From positions 30,483-94,482 of the forward strand of contig JAMDAY010000019.1 of NCBI GenBank assembly GCA_023484515.1: a DNA stretch of 64,000 nucleotides, given 5' to 3'. Positions 56,807 to 64,000 of this stretch are shown here, piece after piece. Position numbers and translations under genes: made by a program. Numbering within the stretch: the first letter of the stretch is position 1; the number at the start of each line of letters is the position of its first letter. Source of the stretch: Patescibacteria group bacterium (GTDB taxonomy: Bacteria > Patescibacteriota > Doudnabacteria > UBA920). Under the pieces are notes generated by a model, which was not told the DNA's origin, ran no database searches, and worked only from the letters and a program-made list of their open reading frames with translations.

Positions 56807-57406
56807 TTACTCTCCGCCTTTCCGGTTAAACAGCCTTCTTTTATTCTGGACTTTGTTCTGCTTAACCTGGTCTTCGGCCTTAAACGCTTGCTTTTTGGCC
56901 GGCTGTTTTTCCTGGCGCTGGTTGGTCGCTTCCTTCTGGTCAATATTTTCGGCGGATGCCTGTTCGGCGGGCTTGGTTGCTTTTTTCAGGAAAGCCAGCC
57001 TTGATGCGGCGGACTTGCCGCGCTTCTTTTCGGCCAATACCACGTTTACATGGCTGGTCTTGCGGCGGATGACAAACGCACTGCCGCGGGCCCGGGGAAA
57101 ATACCGCTTCATAACCTGGCCCATATCCGCGGTAATGCTTTTAATAAATAAGTTTTCCGCTTCCAGGGAAAAATTCTGTTTGGCGTTGGCAATGGCCGAA
57201 TCCAGCACTTTTACCACCATGCCGGCCGCCTTCTTGTTGGTGTGGGCCAGTTGCGCCAAAGCGTCCGAAACGTACATGCCCTTGACCAAATTGGTTACCA
57301 GCCTGATCTTGCGCGGGGAAATGTGAAGATGCCGGGCATGTGCCGTTACCAATTTTCCGGTAGTCTCATTTTTAGCAATTTTATCGGTCATAACAATACT
57401 TGTCAT
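56807..57406 (-). CDS. rplV: 50S ribosomal protein L22 with a ~85-aa Lys/Gln-rich C-terminal extension
   Basis: AHARHLHISPRKIRLV core plus a long basic tail. Confidence 0.85.
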   Translation of the reverse strand: MTSIVMTDKIAKNETTGKLVTAHARHLHISPRKIRLVTNLVKGMYVSDALAQLAHTNKKAAGMVVKVLDSAIANAKQNFSLEAENLFIKSITADMGQVMKRYFPRARGSAFVIRRKTSHVNVVLAEKKRGKSAASRLAFLKKATKPAEQASAENIDQKEATNQRQEKQPAKKQAFKAEDQVKQNKVQNKRRLFNRKGGE

Positions 57407-57477
57407 TACGAATTACGAAGTATGAATTTGGAATTATGCACCCAGTACCTTAATTCATAATTCCGTATTCCTAATTC

Positions 57478-57810
57478 CTATTTTTTCTCCGGCTCCTTTG
57501 CCGCTGCCAGCTTGGCTTTTTCCGCCGCTGCCGCCGCCGCTTCCTGTTCCTTGGCCATCTTGCCGCCATGCCTGTTAAATTTGCGGGTCAGGGCGAATTC
57601 TCCCAGTTTGTGCCCGACCATATTTTCCGTTACGAACACCGGCACATGCGTCCTGCCGTTATGCACCAAGAAGGTGAATCCGACAAATTCCGGGGCAATG
57701 GCGCAATCGCGCGACCAGGTTTTAATCTGGTCCTTTCCGGCTTTGGACTTGGCGACCTTAGCCGCAAGCTTGGGGTCTACATATGGTCCTTTTTTAGATG
57801 ATCGTGACAT
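57478..57810 (-). CDS. rpsS: 30S ribosomal protein S19 (Ala/Lys-rich C-terminal tail)
   Basis: [20 protein letters not shown]. Confidence 0.9.
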   Translation of the reverse strand: MSRSSKKGPYVDPKLAAKVAKSKAGKDQIKTWSRDCAIAPEFVGFTFLVHNGRTHVPVFVTENMVGHKLGEFALTRKFNRHGGKMAKEQEAAAAAAEKAKLAAAKEPEKK

Positions 57811-57910
57811 AGAATCAAATCAAAATTTAAATATCAAAGTGCAAAATATAGGTATTTTTCGCTCCGCGAAAAATTCTATTCTTTTACATTTTAATTTTTA
57901 AAATTTACAT

Positions 57911-58747
57911 TTACTTGCTTCTCCTTTTAATGATCATGTGATTGCTATACTTCTTCTTCAGCCTGGTCTTTACGCCCAGGGCATGCTTGCCCCAGGGAGT
58001 TTTTGGATATTTCAAGCCAATCGGGTTTACGCCTTCACCGCCGCCATGGGGGTGGTCTACCGGGTTCATAACCTTGCCGCGCACGCTGGGGCGCCAGCCC
58101 ATCAGCCTTCTGCGCCCGGCTTTGCCCAAACGCACGTTCATCCAGTCCGCGTTGGCTAATTGCCCAACGGAAGCCGAAGCGGTTTCCTTAACGCGGCGAA
58201 TTTCCCCGCTGGGCAGCTTCAGCAGCGCATAGCCAGCTTCCAGGTTTTGCAAAATGACATAATTTCCCGCGCTCCTGGCCAGTTTGCCGCCTTGTCCGGG
58301 AATTAATTCCACGTCATGCACGAAAGTTCCGACCGGAATGTTTTTTAAAGGCATCCTGTTGCCCGGCGCAATGTCCGCAGTTTCGTCGTAAGCCACTTTG
58401 TCTCCAACTTTTACGCCTTGCGGGGTCAGAATATAGCGCTTGTCGCCGTCGCGGTAAGCCAAAAGGGAAATAAACGCGCTGCGGGTGGGGTCGTATTCTA
58501 TGGTGCGCACAATTGCCGGTACGCCTCTCTTGTCCTGCCGGAAAAAGTCCACCAGCCTGGTTTTGCGCCTGAATCCGCCGCCCTGGTGCCGCACGGTTAT
58601 TTTGCCGCTATGGTTGCGGCCGGCCGGCCTGGCTTTGCTGGAAATCAGGTTCCGGGGCGTCTTTTCGTTTTTCCGCAAAACCGAATAATCGGTCACACTG
58701 TGGATGCGCCTGCCCGCACTGGTTGGTTTGTATAATTTTACTGCCAT
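57911..58747 (-). CDS. rplB: 50S ribosomal protein L2
   Basis: GGGEG-like HPHGGGEGVNP motif. Confidence 0.95.
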   Translation of the reverse strand: MAVKLYKPTSAGRRIHSVTDYSVLRKNEKTPRNLISSKARPAGRNHSGKITVRHQGGGFRRKTRLVDFFRQDKRGVPAIVRTIEYDPTRSAFISLLAYRDGDKRYILTPQGVKVGDKVAYDETADIAPGNRMPLKNIPVGTFVHDVELIPGQGGKLARSAGNYVILQNLEAGYALLKLPSGEIRRVKETASASVGQLANADWMNVRLGKAGRRRLMGWRPSVRGKVMNPVDHPHGGGEGVNPIGLKYPKTPWGKHALGVKTRLKKKYSNHMIIKRRSK

Positions 58748-58845
58748 AAAAATTATTGAACAAAAGTTAAAAAATTGGCAAAATTGACAAAAGTTTATTG
58801 CATCCTAATTTTATTATTTTTGTCAATTTTGTTCATTTTTGTCAT

Positions 58846-59208
58846 TTAAATTGTCTCTGTCGCCCCTTCTATCTTGTCTCCCTGTTTTAGGGTTACGACC
58901 GCTTTTTTAAAACCGGAAGTTGTGCCGCTAATCCTGCCGTAATTCCTGGCCTTGCCTTTGTTGTTTATTACGTTCACCTGCGTCACCCTGACTTTATAAA
59001 CGCCTTCCACCGCTTTCTTGATTAAAATCTTATTGGCTTCTTTGCGGACCAAAAAAACGTACTTATTGCCTTGCACCAAATGGCTGGCTTTTTCCGAAAC
59101 CCTGGGCTGCACCAAAATTCCGCCAAAAGCGGCAGCCGGTTTTCCCGCGCCGCGCTTTACGGACTGCTGATTCCCCGCTTCTTCTTCTTTTTTGCTGAAT
59201 ATGGCCAT
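58846..59208 (-). CDS. rplW: 50S ribosomal protein L23 (N-terminal extension)
   Basis: L23 core; position in the operon. Confidence 0.85.
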   Translation of the reverse strand: MAIFSKKEEEAGNQQSVKRGAGKPAAAFGGILVQPRVSEKASHLVQGNKYVFLVRKEANKILIKKAVEGVYKVRVTQVNVINNKGKARNYGRISGTTSGFKKAVVTLKQGDKIEGATETI

Positions 59209-59295
59209 ATTAAATATTGAACAAAAGTTAAAAAATTGGCAAAATTGACAAAAATTTACTGCACCCGAATTTTATTATTTTTGTCATTCTATTGT

Positions 59296-59955
59296 CTAAC
59301 TCCTCGGCTTTGCATCTTTAAGGTATACTTTCTCAATTACCGGCAACGATTCTTCCAAAACGATAATACTGTCTGCTTTTAATACGTCTACAACATTCAG
59401 GCTGCTTGCCAGCACGGGATTTATCTCCGGGAGATTCCGGGAAGCCCGGGCCAGCTTGTCGTCTTTTTTCGGCATTAAGAACATCTGTTTGCCGCCTAAA
59501 TCTTTAATCTTGGCCTTTAAGTCCTTTAGCACCCCGGCAAACTCCTTGGTTTTCGGCTGGCTTAAAACAACTTCTTTTACCACAACCAGTTTGCCGTCTT
59601 TTGCCTTGTCCGAGAGGGACATAAACAGGGCCTTGGTCTTGGCTTTCTTGTTCAGCTTTAACTCCCAGTTCCGGTTGGCGCGCGGGCCGAAAGTAATGCC
59701 GCCGTGGCGCCAAATGGGGCTGCGGGTGCTGCCTGCCCTGGCCCGTCCGGTCCCTTTCTGCTTCCAGGGTTTTTTGCCGCCGCCGCTTACTTCGCCCCTG
59801 GTCTTGGTGCTGCTGGTGCCCTGGCGGCTGTTAGCCAGGCTGACCCTGACCGCTTCCGCAAGCAAATGGGCATTGGGCTTTATTCCAAAAATCTTCGGAT
59901 TAAGGTCTACTTCACCGATCACTTCGGCCTTCTGGTTGTAGATACTTGTCTTCAT
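59296..59955 (-). CDS. rplD: 50S ribosomal protein L4
   Basis: GGGKKPWKQKGTGRARAGS. Confidence 0.9.
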   Translation of the reverse strand: MKTSIYNQKAEVIGEVDLNPKIFGIKPNAHLLAEAVRVSLANSRQGTSSTKTRGEVSGGGKKPWKQKGTGRARAGSTRSPIWRHGGITFGPRANRNWELKLNKKAKTKALFMSLSDKAKDGKLVVVKEVVLSQPKTKEFAGVLKDLKAKIKDLGGKQMFLMPKKDDKLARASRNLPEINPVLASSLNVVDVLKADSIIVLEESLPVIEKVYLKDAKPRS

Positions 59956-60023
59956 AAATGTTAGCGATTAGCTTGTAGCTTTTAGCGATTAGCGGCTAAA
60001 CGCTAATGACTAAGTGCTAAATG

Positions 60024-60713
60024 CTATTTCTTTTTCTTTTCTTCCCTCACTTCCTGGAACTTGACTAAAGGCTTTACCTTGCCGGTAGATACCACTTTAA
60101 CCATGGCATTGCGATGTCCGGGAACCGCGCCTTTTAAAATTAGGAGATTTTTGGCCGCGTCCACTTCCACTACCTGCAAATTCTTAACAGTTACCTGTTC
60201 GTTCCCCATGTGTCCGGCCATTCTTAACCCTTTGCGGGTATGCTGCGGAAACCGTTGGCCAATTGACCCGACCGACCTGGGTCGGTCATGGCCGTGACTG
60301 GCCGGAAACCCGGCAAAACCGTGGCGCTTAATTGCCCCGGCAAAACCGCGGCCCTTGCTGACGCCGACGACGTTTACCATTTCCCCGGGCTTAAAGCCGG
60401 ACAGATCCAGCTTTTGGCCTTTTTGGAAATCTTTAACTTCGGCCGTGCGGACTTCCGCTAAAACGGAAAAAGTACCCAATTCCTTTAAATGTCCTTGTAA
60501 AGACTTGGATACCTTTTTCTTTTTGCCTGCCCCGTCGCGGAGCTTTACGGGGCCAATGCCAATTTGCACGGCATTGTATTTGTCCTTGCCGTCTGCGGAT
60601 TTTACCTGGGTTACGGTCATTTCCGCGCCCTGAATTACGGTTACCGGGAAAACTTCCCCGCTCGGGTCAAAATGCTGGGTCATATTCAACTTTTTGCCGA
60701 TGAGGAAATTCAT
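60024..60713 (-). CDS. rplC: 50S ribosomal protein L3; start moved to MNFLIGKKLNMTQHF
   Basis: The ORF-track N-terminal 27 aa translate the repeat spacer (gatataagat..), so the real start is the internal Met. Confidence 0.85.
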   Translation of the reverse strand: MNFLIGKKLNMTQHFDPSGEVFPVTVIQGAEMTVTQVKSADGKDKYNAVQIGIGPVKLRDGAGKKKKVSKSLQGHLKELGTFSVLAEVRTAEVKDFQKGQKLDLSGFKPGEMVNVVGVSKGRGFAGAIKRHGFAGFPASHGHDRPRSVGSIGQRFPQHTRKGLRMAGHMGNEQVTVKNLQVVEVDAAKNLLILKGAVPGHRNAMVKVVSTGKVKPLVKFQEVREEKKKK

Positions 60714-60955
60714 AAAGTAATTTAAGATATAAGATTTAGGATATAAGATGTAAGATTTGAAAATCCTAAATCTTAAATAAAAATTGCGGGACAATTTACC
60801 CGCAAAAAAATATCAAAAGATATTATTTGGAGTAAATCGTTTTCTGCCTTCTTGAGCTTAAATGCTTTGGGATGGCAGAACTAATCTACTTGCTATTGAT
60901 TTATCTGAAAATGGCCCGTGCTTGATCCGTATGGCTATTCGTATTTGGAACCGGC

Positions 60956-61282
60956 CTAGCTCATCTTGATTTCCACGTCCACGCCTGCCGGCAAATTCAG
61001 GTTGGTCAGGGCGTCTATGGTTTTGGGCGTAGCTGCCAGAATATCAATTAACCTCTTATGCACCCGCATTTCAAACTGCTCCCTGCTGTCCTTGTGCACG
61101 AACGTAGAACGCAAGACCGTATATTTACTGTGCTCCGTGGGCAGCGGGATTGGCCCGGAAATACTGGCTCCAGTCCTCTTGGCAGTATCTACAATCTGCT
61201 TGGAACTTTGGTCTATGAGCTTATGGTCGTAAGCCCGTATTTTTATGCGGATTCTTGGAGCTTTTTCTGCAACCTTTTCCAT
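60956..61282 (-). CDS. rpsJ: 30S ribosomal protein S10
   Basis: [14 protein letters not shown]... Confidence 0.95.
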   Translation of the reverse strand: MEKVAEKAPRIRIKIRAYDHKLIDQSSKQIVDTAKRTGASISGPIPLPTEHSKYTVLRSTFVHKDSREQFEMRVHKRLIDILAATPKTIDALTNLNLPAGVDVEIKMS

Positions 61283-61353
61283 CTAGATTTGTAAAAGAGA
61301 TTAATTTAATAAATTGGCTCTATTTACCCTGGTAAATTAGGGTCACTTGGCAT

Positions 61354-61382
61354 ATTTTATACTACCTTTCAAAATTTGTCAA
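61354..61382 (-). promoter_or_regulatory. sigma70-like promoter for the S10 operon (TTGACA-17-TAAAAT on the minus strand)
   Basis: The minus strand reads TTGACAaattttgaaaggtagtaTAAAAT about 75 nt upstream of the rpsJ start. Confidence 0.55.
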
Positions 61383-61462
61383 ATGTATTTTTTCACTTTT
61401 AATACAAAGAGGTTCTCGGAAATTAAAAATGAAAAAAATGCATAAAAATGCAAAAAATAGTA

Positions 61463-61491
61463 TTGACATTTTTCCTAAAAAGTGCTATAAT
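61463..61491 (+). promoter_or_regulatory. consensus sigma70 promoter (TTGACA-17-TGcTATAAT) on the plus strand, divergent from the S10 promoter
   Basis: Exact -35 TTGACA, 17-nt spacer, extended -10 TGCTATAAT. It sits ~185 nt upstream of the 61674 ATG. Confidence 0.65.
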
Positions 61492-61673
61492 ATGGGGTAA
61501 ATTCCAACCGAAGGGTATTTTGGAAACAATTTACTTGCGGGAAAAGATTTGGCAACGCGGAAACCGCTGCCAATTCCCTTCTCGCAAGGACTATCCGCAA
61601 GGAGGAACTTGCATTTAGGCCTATCCGGTGACGGAAATGCCGGCGTCGAAGGACGATAAACTGGAGACTAGCA

Positions 61674-62159
61674 ATGGCCATAACCGGCCACGAAAAGCGT
61701 TCAACGCTCTTGGCATATGCGGGGATAATTCCCGCCGTACCTTGCCAGGCGCAAATCTGCACCACCATCACCTGCGCCAGGCGAATCGCCAAAGCGCTGC
61801 TGTGGTACCCGCTTATGCATTACCCGCGCGGATATTCGCTCCTGTTGGATACGCGCAAAGTTCCCTGCCTGGGACTGCAACGTGACGGAGTTACAGTTGT
61901 TTTCACCGGCTGGGGAAATGTCAAATACTGGCAGGCGCAATTTTTACAAGACGACATCGTTACCGGATTTTTACAGGAACTGGTTGAGATGTTCGAAATG
62001 GAATGCGCCGCCAGCCAGAAAGACCTCCATGACCATGAACAAAGGTTTCGCAGGTCAAGTTACTACTCCAACCTGCAAAGCCAGGAACTCCGCACGCGTG
62101 TAAATGCGGCGAATAAGGCTATCAAAGAGTTGAAAAAAGAATTCGGGCTCTTGCTGTAA
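61674..62159 (+). CDS. orphan Cys-containing hypothetical protein (161 aa), GC-rich, inserted between tuf and rpsJ
   Basis: SD-like GGAGA lies 8 nt upstream. Higher GC than neighbours. No motif recognised. Confidence 0.45.
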   Translation: MAITGHEKRSTLLAYAGIIPAVPCQAQICTTITCARRIAKALLWYPLMHYPRGYSLLLDTRKVPCLGLQRDGVTVVFTGWGNVKYWQAQFLQDDIVTGFLQELVEMFEMECAASQKDLHDHEQRFRRSSYYSNLQSQELRTRVNAANKAIKELKKEFGLLL

Positions 62160-62261
62160 GCTGTAACGGGACAGGTCTTTTGGGTAAATATAAAAATTTC
62201 CTATGCGGCTAAATATATTAGCCAAAACTTAAGCCATAATGCAATCAAAACAACAAAAGCC

Positions 62262-62372
62262 GGATTTTGGATTACCGAAAAATTAAACGGTATATCCTCC
62301 GGCTTTTAAAAACTCTAATTTGATATCAAATTAAAACTCGCCCCGAGCATAGCAAGGGGCAAGTTTTGGATT
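62262..62372. terminator. two terminator hairpins between convergent genes (agccgga..tccggct+T4; ctcgcccc..ggggcaag with flanking T/A runs)
   Basis: Seen in sequence. Confidence 0.5.
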
Positions 62373-62397
62373 TAGGATATTAAATCCGTAAATATAA

Positions 62398-62652
62398 CTA
62401 TTCCAAAATTGCTTTTAAATCCAAGTTTAATTTTTCTCCCACTAACTTAATGGCTTTTTCGTATTTTTCCATCCTCGCCCGCATTACCGACATTTCTATG
62501 TTCCAGTCCTTTGTCTGTTTGGCAATTTGATCCAGTATAATGGTATGCTGTTCAAGCGTTTGTTTTAAAGGTTCAAGTTTAAAGTCCAGCTTCTCTTCAA
62601 GCTTAACATCAAGTAATTCCTCAATGGCTTTTAAAGTAATTTCTTCCGCCAT
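62398..62652 (-). CDS. small coiled-coil hypothetical protein (84 aa)
   Basis: Heptad-like charged pattern. Lies downstream of tuf. Confidence 0.4.
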   Translation of the reverse strand: MAEEITLKAIEELLDVKLEEKLDFKLEPLKQTLEQHTIILDQIAKQTKDWNIEMSVMRARMEKYEKAIKLVGEKLNLDLKAILE

Positions 62653-62722
62653 ATTTTTATTGTTAATTTCTAATTTCGGCTTTTTTATATTCTATCTCAC
62701 ATCATCGCATCTGTCAAAACAA

Positions 62723-62746
62723 AAATCCGCCATAAAAGACGGATTT
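62723..62746 (-). terminator. terminator hairpin after tuf (aaatccgtc..gacggattt plus U-run on the minus strand)
   Basis: Seen in sequence. Confidence 0.5.
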
Positions 62747-62773
62747 TTGCCAATAAACTGTCTACTGATACGT

Positions 62774-63964
62774 TTATTTTATAATCTTTGTGACAACGCC
62801 GGCGCCGACAGTGTGGCCGCCTTCTCTAATGGCGAATTTGCCTTTTTCTTCCAAGGCTACCGGGGTGATCAATTTGATGGTTAAGTCCACGGTGTCGCCC
62901 GGCATGACCATTTCCTGGCCTTCCGGCAAAGTGACTTCGCCGGTCACGTCCGTGGTGCGGACGTAAAATTGCGGCTTGTAACCCTTAAAGAACGGGGTGT
63001 GGCGGCCGCCTTCTTCCTTGGTCAGAATATACACGTTGGCGGTAAATTCGGTGTGCGGGGTAATGGATCCGGGCTTGGCCAAAACCTGCCCGCGTTCCAC
63101 TTCGTCTTTCTTGGTGCCGCGGAGCAAAATTCCGGCGTTGTCGCCTGCCATGCCGCTGTCCAACTGCTTGTTGAACATTTCAATGCCGGTAACCACGGTT
63201 TTGGTCGTGGGGCGGATACCGACAATTTCCACTTCGTCGTTCAACTTGACTTCACCGCGCTCAATACGGCCGGTCACCACGGTGCCGCGGCCCTCAATGG
63301 AGAAAATGTCTTCAATAGGCATTAAGTACGGCTTGTCAGTCTCGCGCTTGGGATCCGGGATGTAGCTGTCCAAAGTTTCCATCAACTTCATAATGGAAGG
63401 TTCGCCAATTTCCGAAGTATCCCCTTCCAGGGCCTTTAAGGCAGACCCGCGGATAATGGGAGTGTCTTTGCCCGGGAATTGGTATTTGGTCAGCAAGTCG
63501 CGAATTTCTTCTTCCACAAGGTCCAACAATTCCGCGTCCTGAACCTGGTCTACTTTATTCATGTAGACTACAATATAAGGCACGCCTACCTGACGGGCCA
63601 ACAGGATGTGTTCACGGGTCTGGGGCATGGGGCCGTCAGCGGCCGATACGACCAGGATTGCGCCATCCATCTGCGCGGCGCCGGTAATCATGTTTTTGAT
63701 GTAGTCGGCGTGGCCGGGACAGTCCACGTGCGCATAGTGGCGCTTGGGGGTTTCGTATTCTACGTGGGCGGTGTTAATGGTAATACCGCGGGCTTTTTCT
63801 TCCGGCGCGTTGTCAATACTGTCATAAGCGCGCGCCTTGGCCCCGCCGGTCTTGGAGAGCACGGTGGTAATGGCCGCGGTCAAAGTGGTTTTGCCGTGGT
63901 CAACGTGGCCAATGGTTCCCACGTTCAAGTGCGGCTTGCTGCGGTCAAACTTTCCTTCTGCCAT
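62774..63964 (-). CDS. tuf: elongation factor Tu
   Basis: [18 protein letters not shown] and NKVD GTPase motifs. Confidence 0.97.
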   Translation of the reverse strand: MAEGKFDRSKPHLNVGTIGHVDHGKTTLTAAITTVLSKTGGAKARAYDSIDNAPEEKARGITINTAHVEYETPKRHYAHVDCPGHADYIKNMITGAAQMDGAILVVSAADGPMPQTREHILLARQVGVPYIVVYMNKVDQVQDAELLDLVEEEIRDLLTKYQFPGKDTPIIRGSALKALEGDTSEIGEPSIMKLMETLDSYIPDPKRETDKPYLMPIEDIFSIEGRGTVVTGRIERGEVKLNDEVEIVGIRPTTKTVVTGIEMFNKQLDSGMAGDNAGILLRGTKKDEVERGQVLAKPGSITPHTEFTANVYILTKEEGGRHTPFFKGYKPQFYVRTTDVTGEVTLPEGQEMVMPGDTVDLTIKLITPVALEEKGKFAIREGGHTVGAGVVTKIIK

Positions 63965-64000
63965 TTGCAGTTTCCTTTCCTTAGCTTATAGCTTTTAGCT

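Noticed and set aside
56722-56943. 73-aa ORF overlapping the rplV C-terminal extension
   Set aside because: It is an alternative frame of the Lys-rich L22 tail. The L22 reading frame is continuous and is the supported one.
60714-60794. N-terminal 27 aa of the ORF-track rplC model, and similarly the N-termini of rpsN, dinB, PPC, GNAT and CYTH
   Set aside because: These segments translate intergenic word repeats or non-conserved sequence. Conserved protein N-termini begin at internal Met codons, so the starts were moved.
1-64000. CRISPR array
   Set aside because: No series of regularly spaced identical direct repeats with unique spacers; the repeat families found are palindromic or dispersed.
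1-64000. tRNA or rRNA genes
   Set aside because: Scanning intergenic regions by eye showed no T-loop GGTTCGANTCC with a matching acceptor stem and no rRNA-like conserved blocks. Small tRNAs could still be missed without tRNAscan.

Overview
This 64 kb window is a bacterial chromosome segment with roughly 48-50% GC, and nearly all genes sit on the minus strand. It carries a dcw cluster (mraZ-rsmH-ftsL-ftsI), a two-component operon, dinB, mreB, rnhA and recJ, a glycolysis/pentose block (gpmI, eno, pgk, gap, pfkB-family kinase, rpe, rpiB, tpiA) plus galT, ruvX, htrA and dnaX, a TraD/VirD4-like ATPase region, and a long S10-spc ribosomal-protein operon from tuf to secY. L30 is missing between S5 and L15, several r-proteins carry terminal extensions, and genes are small and tightly packed; this fits a CPR/Patescibacteria-like lineage, which is inference only. 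I saw no rRNA, tRNA or CRISPR array. Beyond ordinary genes, the window holds at least five families of intergenic palindromic or repeat elements, an IS200-like Y1 (HUH) transposase gene, and recurrent period-7/8 simple repeats, some inserted in-frame into conserved genes. Two consensus sigma70-like promoters diverge between tuf and rpsJ around an inserted GC-rich orphan gene with a ~185-nt leader. All calls rest on reading motifs by eye, with no database searches.
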